Shown in pieces: positions 55,614-64,000 of a DNA stretch of 64,000 bases. The notes below the pieces were generated by a model that was given only the letters and a program-made list of their open reading frames with translations, was not told the DNA's origin and made no database searches. The stretch spans positions 1,312,001 through 1,376,000 of the forward strand of contig CAVUAK010000001.1 in NCBI GenBank assembly GCA_963739455.1, in the 5' to 3' direction. A program made the position numbers and the translations under genes. Source of the DNA: an uncultured Gemmatimonadales bacterium (lineage in GTDB: Bacteria > Gemmatimonadota > Gemmatimonadetes > Gemmatimonadales > GWC2-71-9). The first letter of the stretch is position 1, and every line of letters begins with the position of its first letter.

Positions 55614-58101
55614 ATCGCCACGACGTTCCGTCTCGACCAGCTGAACGCGGCCCTCGCGGGTCGCTACGACATCATGGAGCCGCTGGGCCAGGGTGGCATG
55701 GCCACGGTCTGGCTCGCGCGCGACCTGAAGCACGATCGCCTGGTCGCCATCAAGCTGCTCCGCCCGGAACTCGCGGTTCCGGTGGGTGCCGACCGCTTTG
55801 CCAGCGAGATCGGCATCGTCGCCAAGCTCAACCATCCCAACATTCTCGGTGTGCTCGACTCGGGCGTCGTGCAGATCGACGGCGTGACCGCGCCGTACTA
55901 TGTCATGCCCCATGTCGAGGGTCCGTCACTCAGTGCACTGCTGAGCCGGGGCGAGAAGCTCGAGGTAAACGAGGCGCTGCGGCTTGCTGCGGAGGTTGCC
56001 GATGCGCTGGCCTTCGCGCACTCGCGCGGGGTGGTGCATCGCGACGTGAAGCCGGGCAACATCCTGATCCAGGCGGGCCACGCGCTGGTGGCCGACTTCG
56101 GGGTCGCGATCGCGCTCGACGCGGCGACGAGGGGCGGCCGGAACACGATGTCGGGCGAGATCCTGGGGACACCGGTGTACATGAGCCCGGAGCAGGCATC
56201 GGGAGCGACGCGGCTCGACGGGCGGAGCGACATCTACAGCCTCGGTTGCGTGCTGTACGAAATGCTCTCGGGCGACCCGCCGTTCACCGGGAACACGCCG
56301 CAGGCGATGATCGTGGCGCACCTGAGCGAGCCGCCGCCGCCACTGGCATCGAAGCGGCCGGGCATCTCGCCAGCGCTTGCGGCGACGGTGCATCGCGCGC
56401 TGGAGAAGAAGCCGAGCGATCGCTACGCCAATGCCGGTGAGTTCCGGGATGCACTCGAGCGGCTTCGCACGTCCATCGCGCTTCGCCGGCAGTGGTGGCC
56501 GACGGCGGCACTGGTGGTCGCGGTCGCCGCGTTCTTCTGGTGGAGTCCGTGGCGGCGTCGCGCCGGCGAGGCGGCACCGGGGGGGGAGACGGTGGTGCTG
56601 CTGAGCGGCTTCAGGGATCGAAGCGGCACGATGCGGGCGGAAGGTGCGGCGCTCGACGACGCGATGCGGCTCGAATTGCAGAAGGTGCCCGGGCTCAAGG
56701 TGATCGACGTTGGTGACCAGCCCGAATTGCCGGTGGACACGCTGCGCAAGCGCTACCGGGCCGACTGGATCATCCGCGGGGTGGTAGACCAGATCGGAGA
56801 TAGTGTCGGCGCCACAGTGCGCGTGGTGGATGCCAGCAATGGCGCCGAGGTGCGAAGTGGGATGCTGCGGCAGGCGTCGCCCGCCACGCTGCAGGCGGCG
56901 GCAACGGCACTTGGCGAGGAGAGCCTGTTCGGGACGGTGCGGTACGCGATGGATTCGGTGCTGCATAGACCGCTGGTTGCTCGAGCCTCGGTGCCGATAG
57001 CGCAACGGCCGAGTGCGCGCGCGCGTGCACGGGTCGATCGTGGCGCGAGCGAAAGACGCGCTGACCTCGGTAGGGCCGCGACGCATGCTGGAGGAACTGG
57101 CCCTTGCTGATTCCCTGCTCGCCGTCGGCACCGGACCGTCGTCCCTCCAGCGCCCTGGCGCCGTACGCCCGCGCCGAACTCGGCAACGACGTCGGCTTCG
57201 CGCTCCTGGCGGCGTGGCAGTACTTCCCCGACTCCACCTGGCTTCCGCAGCCGACCGAGGCACTCCTGCAAGGCGCTGCCATTCGCCAGCGAGGCGATCA
57301 AGCGCGCGCCCGAGTCGGCCGATGCCTGGTTCCTCAGGAGCAAGATCTACGGCTGGCTGCTGCTGGCAACGGCCGACACCGGCCTGGCGCGACAGCGCGC
57401 TAGCCGACCTGCGCAAGGCGAGTTCCCTCGCCGGTGGGCGAGCCGATATCTGGGCAAGGCGCGCAGACGTCGAGCACATGGCTGGCCGGTCGGCTGACGC
57501 GCGTTTCTCTGCGGAACAGGGCCAGGCGGTGGACTACCTGCACACCCACGCCGAGACGCTGCTCAGTAGTCGTGCCGGGGCGGAAATGGTATTGGGTGAG
57601 TACGGCAGGGCTCGGGAGAGTTGCCGCGCCGGGTCGCGCCAGTTTCCTGGCAATCCCTATTTCATCCCTTGCGAAGCGGAGGTGCTCGGCCGCAGCTCCC
57701 GGGCTCCGCGGGACGCCGCCACGATAGTAGCGCTCGCGGATTCTCTCGACGAGTATGGAACAGGGTACGTGTCACGCATCATGCCCGATGACATCCGGTT
57801 CTGGGCCGTTGCGATCCTGGCGCGGGCCAGCCAGCACGCCGCCGCCGCACGCCTGTACGATGGGGTCGCGGGCGGCTGGCACGGTGCGGTCGATGCTAAC
57901 CTGTTGTTGGAGGCCGCCTACGCGCGACAAGCCATGGGCGACCGGGACAGCGCCCTGGCCCTGGCGGCGCGCGCTGTACAGCAGGACCCTGGCACTGTCG
58001 GAAGCTTCGAGCGCCTTCGATGGTTTCAGCCCCTCCGCGACCACCCGCTCTTCTCCGCTGCGATGAAGGGGATCCCGCCGACAGAGGCTGAACGTCGCTG
58101 A
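55614..58101 (+). CDS. Ser/Thr protein kinase with TM segment and TPR-like C-terminus; several frameshifts in 56960-57300
   Basis: LNAALAGRY..LGQGGMATV, VAIK, HRDVKPGN, DFG, GTPVYMSPEQ, DGRSDIYSLG; first ATG is at 55674 but homology-like sequence extends upstream. Confidence 0.8.
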
Positions 58102-58411
58102 CGGTGCCTGAACCGAGCCCCATCAGAACAAATGGCTTGTCAGTAGTGACATGGCGGTGGAGCAGGAGCTTGATCGCCCGCAGCGTGCCATTTCCCTTTC
58201 CCATCAAGATGTCCGCGCGGCTTCCGACGATCTTCTCGACCTCGGCAAGAAACACGGCCGGATCATCGGGATCTCCGTCCGGCTCCTCAAGGCCAGGGTA
58301 CGGGTCCGCAGGAGTGCTTTCCTGTGCGCGGCCGCACTCGACGATTGCTGATGCAGAGCAGAACTGCTTGCCTGGAACCTTGATGCAGATCTGGCTGGCG
58401 AACGTGTTCAT
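57896..58411 (-). CDS. Possible hypothetical protein; 3' part overlaps the kinase, true end uncertain
   Basis: GGAG RBS + ATG 58411; fills the otherwise empty 58100-58411 gap. Confidence 0.3.
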   Translation of the reverse strand: MNTFASQICIKVPGKQFCSASAIVECGRAQESTPADPYPGLEEPDGDPDDPAVFLAEVEKIVGSRADILMGKGNGTLRAIKLLLHRHVTTDKPFVLMGLGSGTVSDVQPLSAGSPSSQRRRAGGRGGAETIEGARSFRQCQGPAVQRAPPGPGRCPGRPWLVARRRPPTTG

Positions 58412-58432
58412 GACTGCTCCGTGAACGAGTCC

Positions 58433-59182
58433 CTAGGGAGTTATCACCCCTCGCCGAAAATCGGAAGGCACAAGAAAGCCCATGGGCCGTTTGGCCCATG
58501 GGCTCCCAGTACCGATATGTTGGCCGACTACTGCCTGATCCAGGTGGGCCTGAAGGTCGCGGGTCACCTGCGCCACCATCTGATCAACCATCTGCGCATA
58601 GGCGGCGTTCGGGTCCTTCCCCGAGATGCTCGGCAGGCGACCGGGGCTGACCGCCACCTGGCCCACGCTCTGGCTCGCGGCACCACTTGAACGCCAGAGC
58701 GTGCCGCCGGTGCTGGTGGAGATCAATCGCACATTCAGCTCCGCCGAGACAGTGGCGCCGACGTTCACGTCACCTGCAGCGCTGACACCGCCATGCGGCT
58801 TTGCATTCGACACTGCGAGCTGTCCGAAGAACACCGCGGGGATGTGCCGGTCACGCCCGAGTTCCTGCGCCGCAGCCGGTGCGTCACCAGCCGCGAGAAG
58901 GCGGGCCACCGCTGTGTCAGCGGGCCCAAGTTCGAGCAATTCGAAACCGGTCTGGCTGGCGAGAACTTCTTCGGCGAAGCGCTGGGTGGCGAGCTGGCCC
59001 AGCCCGTTCTTCGACTGGTCGGCGGAGAAGTTGACCAGGGCAATGCGGTCGTAGTTGCCGAGGTCGAGCCTGGGTGGGACCCGGGCCATTTGCGAGGAAC
59101 AGGCGGTGAGCGCCACGGCCACCGTTGCGGCGGCCGTGAACGCGCGAATTCCACGATTTTCCAACCCATTGATCGACAACAT
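58433..59182 (-). CDS. Hypothetical lipoprotein (CsgG/TolB-N-like); true stop probably about 58528 after a 1-nt indel
   Basis: RBS AGGAGG; lipobox LTAC; RIALVNF, NVRLISTSTGGTLWRSS; removing one C near 58558 gives RDFRPTWIRQ* just before the terminator. Confidence 0.7.
   Translation of the reverse strand: MLSINGLENRGIRAFTAAATVAVALTACSSQMARVPPRLDLGNYDRIALVNFSADQSKNGLGQLATQRFAEEVLASQTGFELLELGPADTAVARLLAAGDAPAAAQELGRDRHIPAVFFGQLAVSNAKPHGGVSAAGDVNVGATVSAELNVRLISTSTGGTLWRSSGAASQSVGQVAVSPGRLPSISGKDPNAAYAQMVDQMVAQVTRDLQAHLDQAVVGQHIGTGSPWAKRPMGFLVPSDFRRGVITP
58470..58504 (-). terminator. Intrinsic terminator hairpin
   Basis: Perfect 12-bp inverted repeat AGCCCATGGGCC-GTTT-GGCCCATGGGCT with a T-rich tail on the minus strand. 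Confidence 0.7.
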
Positions 59183-59236
59183 CTTGCCCTGCCTCCTGGG
59201 GGTTCGCCCCAGGAGAAAAGGCAAGAGACAGGCCTG

Positions 59237-59599
59237 CTAGGCGCCGATCTTTTCCGCTGGCGTGACGGCGGCCTGGTCGCGTTCCCCGGTGCGGATGCGA
59301 TGCACCTGCTCCAGGTCGAGCACGAAGACCTTGCCATCGCCCACTTCACCGGTGCGCGCAGCGGCCAGGATGGCCTTCACCGTCGGTGCGACGTACGGCT
59401 CCGATACGCCAATCTCCAGCCGCACCTTCTCCTGCAATGCCACTTTCACCGTCGTGCCGCGATAGGTCTCGGCGCGTTCGGTCTCGCCGCCGTGTCCCAT
59501 GACGCGGGACACGGTGAGGCCACGGACTTCGGCGCGGTACAGTGCCTCGAGCACGTCGTTGAGGCGCTCCGGCCGGAAGATCGCGATGATGAGGTTCAC
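59237..59599 (-). CDS. glnK: P-II nitrogen regulatory protein
   Basis: AIFRPERL, GLTVSRVMGHG, ETYRG, ARTGEVGDGKVFV, RIRTGE; adjacent to amtB. Confidence 0.92.
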   Translation of the reverse strand: MNLIIAIFRPERLNDVLEALYRAEVRGLTVSRVMGHGGETERAETYRGTTVKVALQEKVRLEIGVSEPYVAPTVKAILAAARTGEVGDGKVFVLDLEQVHRIRTGERDQAAVTPAEKIGA

Positions 59600-59614
59600 T
59601 GAAGTGATCTCCGG

Positions 59615-60941
59615 TCAGCGAGTGGCGGGGAAGGGAACGGCCACGGGCATTCCCACCTTGGCGACTTCATCCGGCAGCACGAGGATCGAGCCCTCGCCGG
59701 TGCTGTAGGCCTCTTCGCCATGCTGGGTAACGTCGAGCCCAAGTCCCTCGGACTTCTGGTCGGCGCGCAGCGTCATGACGAGGCCGAGCACCTTGAGGAT
59801 GATGAACGTCATGACGCCAGCGTAGACGAACGAGGCGCCTGCGCCGAGCGCCTGCTTGCCCAGCTGCGCCGGGTTGCCGGCGAGAAGGCCGTCGGTGCCG
59901 CCCCACGCCTTCGCCGCGAAGACGCCGGTGAGGAGTGCGCCGGTGAGCCCGCCGACACCGTGACCTGCGAACACGTCGAGCGAGTCATCCAGTCGCGTGC
60001 GGGAACGGTACAGGATGACGAAGTAGCTGGGGAACGTCGCAATCGCACCGAGTGCCAGTGCCCCGATCGGGCCGACGAAGCCAGCTGCCGGCGTGATGGC
60101 CACGAGGCCCACCACGATTCCGGTCGCACCCCCAACCGCCGTGACGTGACCGGTGCGGATGGTGTCGAGAATGCACCAGACGACCAGGGTGGCCATCGGG
60201 GCCAGGAAGGTGTTGGTGAATGCGAGCGCCGGCGGACGCATTCGCCGCGAGCGCGCTGCCGCCGTTGAAGCCGAACCACCCGAACCAGAGCAGGCCTGCA
60301 CCGAGCAGGACGAACGGCACGTTGTGCGGCAGGATGGCCTGACGACCGTAGTCCTTGCGGCTACCGAGCACCAGCGCTGCCACCAGCGCCGACACGCCGG
60401 CGTTGATGTGCACCACGGTGCCGCCGGCAAAGTCGAGCACACCGGCAGCGCCCAGCCACCCGCCGCCCCACACCCAGTGTGCCACCGGAGCGTACACAAC
60501 CAGCAGCCACACCGAGATGAACACGACGTAGGGCCAGAAGCGCATGCGCTCGACGATGGCGCCGGAGATCAGGGCCGCCGTAATGATGGCAAAGGTGCCC
60601 TGGTACGCCATGAACAGCAGGTGCGGAATGGTGCCCTTGGGGGCGAGGTCCACACCGTTCAGCAGCGCGTTGCTGAATCCGCCGAGCCACGGGGAGCCCT
60701 CGGAGAACGACAGGCTGTAGGCAATGAGCGCCCACAGGATGCCGATGAACCCGAGTGCGACGTAGCTCATCATCATGGTATTCAGCGAATTCTTCGACCG
60801 GACCAGACCGCCGTAAAAGAACGCCAGGGCAGGCGTCATGAGGAGCACCAGGGCCGTGGACATGAGCATCCAGGCGGTGTCGGCAGGCACGAGGGCCGGA
60901 ACGACGTCCTGCAACGCGAGTAGAACGTGTGGACTGGTCAC
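59615..60941 (-). CDS. amtB: Ammonium transporter; one frameshift near 60235
   Basis: DTAWMLMSTALVLLMTP, FAIITAALISGA, DFAGGTVVH, LWFGWFGFNGGS; second frame GLVAITPAAG, DDSLDVFAGHG, HGEEAY. Confidence 0.93.
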
Positions 60942-61026
60942 AGTGCGACGGCCTCCAGGGGGAGGGGGTGAGAGGGCGCGTGGACCTGTTGAGATAACCT
61001 AAAATCGGGGTCGGCGCAAGCTTTCT

Positions 61027-61067
61027 TGCACAAGAATTTGTGCACTTTTTGCATGATTCAGTGTGCA
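61027..61067. promoter_or_regulatory. Two TGCAY-N8-GTGCA palindromes upstream of amtB-glnK
   Basis: TGCACAAGAATTTGTGCA (61027-61044) and TGCATGATTCAGTGTGCA (61050-61067). Confidence 0.45.
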
Positions 61068-61256
61068 TCCATGCACGGTGCTTGCGCCACGTGGCTAGCT
61101 AAGTCGTTGCCACTGGAAATCTTGGTGTTGCTATCGTGCATCGGTTAGTGCCTTTCGGGGCCCCTGAAGCGGGATTTTTCCGCCGGTAGGCGGCCCTTCG
61201 GGGGGCGTATATGTTGCAGCAAAATTTCGCTTTCCCATTACGCGTCAGGACCACCC

Positions 61257-64000
61257 GTGTCAGCTGTTAGCCCCCGTTCGGCAGAAATCGCCCGCCTCGG
61301 TACCGCCGCCCTCGTTGCCCTGATCATGGCGGCGTGCCTCACCGAGCCCGAGCCGATGGGGCCCAACGAGGCGCCGGCGGCCACGATCGCGGAGCCAACG
61401 GCCGCCCTGACGTTCAAGGGTGGGGACAGCATCGCCTACGCGGGGAGCGCCACCGACCGGGAAGACGGCACGGTGCCGGGATCGCGGCTTACCTGGTGGG
61501 TAGACCTGCATCACGACACGCACACGCACCCGTTCATGCCGCGCACTGCCGGATCGAGCGGCAAGCTGTTCGTGCCGCCGATTGGCGAGACGTCGGACAA
61601 CGTGTTCCTGCGGCTGTACCTCGAGGCGATGGATGACAGCGGCAAGGCGGACACCGTCTTCCGGGACATCCAGCCGCAAAAGGTGCAATTCACCCTGGCC
61701 ACCAACCCGGCGGGGCTCAGTGTGACGCTGGATGGGCAGCCCAGGGAGGTCCCGATCACCATTACGGGCGTGGTGGGGATGGAGCGCGAGCTCGGGGCCG
61801 CGGCGCAGACGGTCGGTTCCACGTCCTACAATTTCACGAGCTGGTCGGATGGCGGTGCGGCCACGCATCGCATCAGTACACCGGCCGACGCCACCACCTA
61901 TACCGCGCGATTCACGGCGGTGGTCAACCAGCTGCCCACGGTGTCGATCACCGCGCCGTCGAATGGTGCTGCCCTGACCGTCAACACCGCCACGACCATC
62001 ACCGCCAACGCCACGGACGGCGACGGCACGGTGAGCAAGGTCGAGTTCCTCGATGGCTCGACGCTGCTTGGCACCGATACCTCCTCGCCCTACTCGCTGG
62101 CGTGGACGCCGAGCGCGACCGGCACCCACTCGCTCACGGCGCGCGCGACCGACAACCAGTCGGGTGTGCGCACCAGCTCGGCCGTCACGGTCAGCGTGAA
62201 CCTCCCGCCGAACCAGTTGCCGACGGTGTCGCTCACGGCGCCGGCGAACGGTGCCAGCGTGACGGTCAACACCTCGGTGACGCTCTCAGCCAACGCCTCG
62301 GACCCGGATGGGTCGGTGGCATCGGTGGGCTTCTACGACAATGGCACGCTGCTCGGATCCCCGGACGCGACGTCGCCCTACAGCTTCTCGTGGCTGCCCA
62401 CCGTGACCGGTGCACACTCCATCACCGCGCGTGTCACTGATGATCGCGGCGGCACGACCACCAGCGCGGCGGCCAACGTGACGGTGAATGCAGCGGCCAA
62501 TGTGCCGCCCACCGCGACACTGACGGCGCCGGCGAGCGGTGCGATCCTGGTGGCAGGCGTTGCGACGACCCTGACGGCCACGGCATCTGATGGCGACGGC
62601 TCGGTGAGCAAGGTGGAGTTCTACGATGGCGGCACCAAGCTGGGCGAGGACGCCACGTCGCCCTACAGCATCTCCTGGACGCCTGCCACCACCACGACCG
62701 GCACGCGTTCACTCACGGCGCGGGCGATCGACAACCTGGGTGCTGCGGGCTCGTCGGCTGCGGTGCCGGTGACGGTGAACCTTCCGCCCAACGTGAATCC
62801 CACCGCGACGCTCACGGCGCCCGCGAACGGGGCAACATTGCCGCGGGGCGTTGCCACCACCCTCACCGCCACCGCGGCCGACGCCGACGGTACGGTGACC
62901 AAGGTCGGCTTCTACGACGGGGCCACGCTGCTGGGCGAAGACACGGCGTCACCCTACTCGTTCAGCTGGACGCCGTCCACCACGGGGACGCATACCCTCA
63001 CGGCGCGAGCCACCGACAACCGGGCCGGCACCGGTACGTCGGGCGCGGTGAACGTGACGGTGAACAACCGGCTCCCGACCGCGACGCTGACTGCTCCCGC
63101 GTCGGGCGCGACACTGGTGGCGAACAACGCGACGACCCTGACGGCCACCGCCGCGGATCCCGACGGCACGGTGGCAAAGGTCGGGTTCTACGACGGTGCG
63201 ACGCTGCTGGGTGAAGACGCGACGTCGCCCTACTCGTTCAGCTGGACGCCAACCGCGACGGGATCGCACTCGCTCACCGCGCGGGCGACCGACAACAACG
63301 GCGGCGTGGGCAACTCGCCGGCGGCATCGGTGACGGTCACGTCGTCGGGGACCGACACCCAGGCACCCACGCTCACGCTCACGAGCCCGGCAGGGCAGAC
63401 CACCGGGATCACGGGGTCGCCGACCTTCACCGTCACGACGGCCGACAACGTCGGAGTCACGGCGGTGGACTACCAGGTGGACGGCGACGCGGTGGGCCAG
63501 GCCACCTCGTCACCATGGAGCTTCACGCTGCCGGCGACGTCGGCATACACCACCGGTGTGCATGTCATCCGCGCCCGGGCGCGCGATGCGGCAGGAAACC
63601 AGTCGCCGTGGTCGGCGGCACGTGTCACGTTCGGTGGCAACGAGAACATTCCCGACGGCTTCACGCGCGCGACGTACGTGCAGGGACTGACGAGCCTCGG
63701 AACATCGATGGCGTTCAGCCCCGATGGCCGCCTCTTCATCTGCGAACAGAACGGGCAGCTCAGGGTGGTGAAGGCCGGCGTCCTGCTGAGTACCCCGTTC
63801 GTGACGGTGCCCACCAGCCAGGTCGGGGAGCGAGGGCTGCTCGGGGTGACGTTCGACCCGAACTTCGCGTCGAACGGTTACGTGTACGTGTACTACACCA
63901 GCGCCACGGGCGGCGCCCACAACCGGATCAGCCGCTTCACCGCGTCGGGTGACGTGGCGGTGCCCGGCAGCGAAGTCATCATCAAGGAACTCTCGACGCT
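61257..64000 (+). CDS. Large lipoprotein with about 6 bacterial Ig-like repeats and a PQQ-dependent glucose/sorbosone dehydrogenase domain; runs off the window (absent from ORF track)
   Basis: AGGA + GTG 61257, lipobox MAAC; repeats NxxPTVxxTAPxNG...DxDGTVxKVxFYDGxTLLGxD..SPYSxxWTP; from about 63650 SMAFSPDGRLFICEQNGQLRVV...GERGLLGVTFDPNFASNGYVYVYYT. Confidence 0.88.
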   Translation, partial: MSAVSPRSAEIARLGTAALVALIMAACLTEPEPMGPNEAPAATIAEPTAALTFKGGDSIAYAGSATDREDGTVPGSRLTWWVDLHHDTHTHPFMPRTAGSSGKLFVPPIGETSDNVFLRLYLEAMDDSGKADTVFRDIQPQKVQFTLATNPAGLSVTLDGQPREVPITITGVVGMERELGAAAQTVGSTSYNFTSWSDGGAATHRISTPADATTYTARFTAVVNQLPTVSITAPSNGAALTVNTATTITANATDGDGTVSKVEFLDGSTLLGTDTSSPYSLAWTPSATGTHSLTARATDNQSGVRTSSAVTVSVNLPPNQLPTVSLTAPANGASVTVNTSVTLSANASDPDGSVASVGFYDNGTLLGSPDATSPYSFSWLPTVTGAHSITARVTDDRGGTTTSAAANVTVNAAANVPPTATLTAPASGAILVAGVATTLTATASDGDGSVSKVEFYDGGTKLGEDATSPYSISWTPATTTTGTRSLTARAIDNLGAAGSSAAVPVTVNLPPNVNPTATLTAPANGATLPRGVATTLTATAADADGTVTKVGFYDGATLLGEDTASPYSFSWTPSTTGTHTLTARATDNRAGTGTSGAVNVTVNNRLPTATLTAPASGATLVANNATTLTATAADPDGTVAKVGFYDGATLLGEDATSPYSFSWTPTATGSHSLTARATDNNGGVGNSPAASVTVTSSGTDTQAPTLTLTSPAGQTTGITGSPTFTVTTADNVGVTAVDYQVDGDAVGQATSSPWSFTLPATSAYTTGVHVIRARARDAAGNQSPWSAARVTFGGNENIPDGFTRATYVQGLTSLGTSMAFSPDGRLFICEQNGQLRVVKAGVLLSTPFVTVPTSQVGERGLLGVTFDPNFASNGYVYVYYTSATGGAHNRISRFTASGDVAVPGSEVIIKELST

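Overview
High-GC bacterial chromosomal segment. A Gemmatimonadota-like lineage is inferred from the style of the Ser/Thr kinases and lipoproteins; no marker gene is present. Most of the window is ordinary accessory metabolism: peptidases, amidohydrolases, serine hydrolases, egtB/egtD, sodC, IorAB-like, lemA, amtB-glnK and a large Ig-repeat/GSDH lipoprotein. Two loci stand out. (1) 49.3-52.9 kb is an apparent translation-stress/RNA-repair operon. In order it has a sigma70-type promoter, a structured Y-shaped RNA, a 59-aa leader peptide ending RGP-stop coupled to mutually exclusive terminator/antiterminator helices, an rrn-type boxA, octamer repeats, a second Y-shaped RNA, six atypical CCA-less tRNA genes, rtcB, a seventh tRNA, an HNH endonuclease and an orphan ORF; dps follows. 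(2) 3.2-5.3 kb is a PafB/PafC-type WYL regulator pair with a recurring YGTCAC-N10-CAnnnT promoter motif upstream of neighbouring genes. Several genes (rtcB, HNH, two kinases, amtB, a phosphoesterase) carry single-base frameshifts, most simply explained as assembly indels. All calls come from reading the sequence; no database searches were run.
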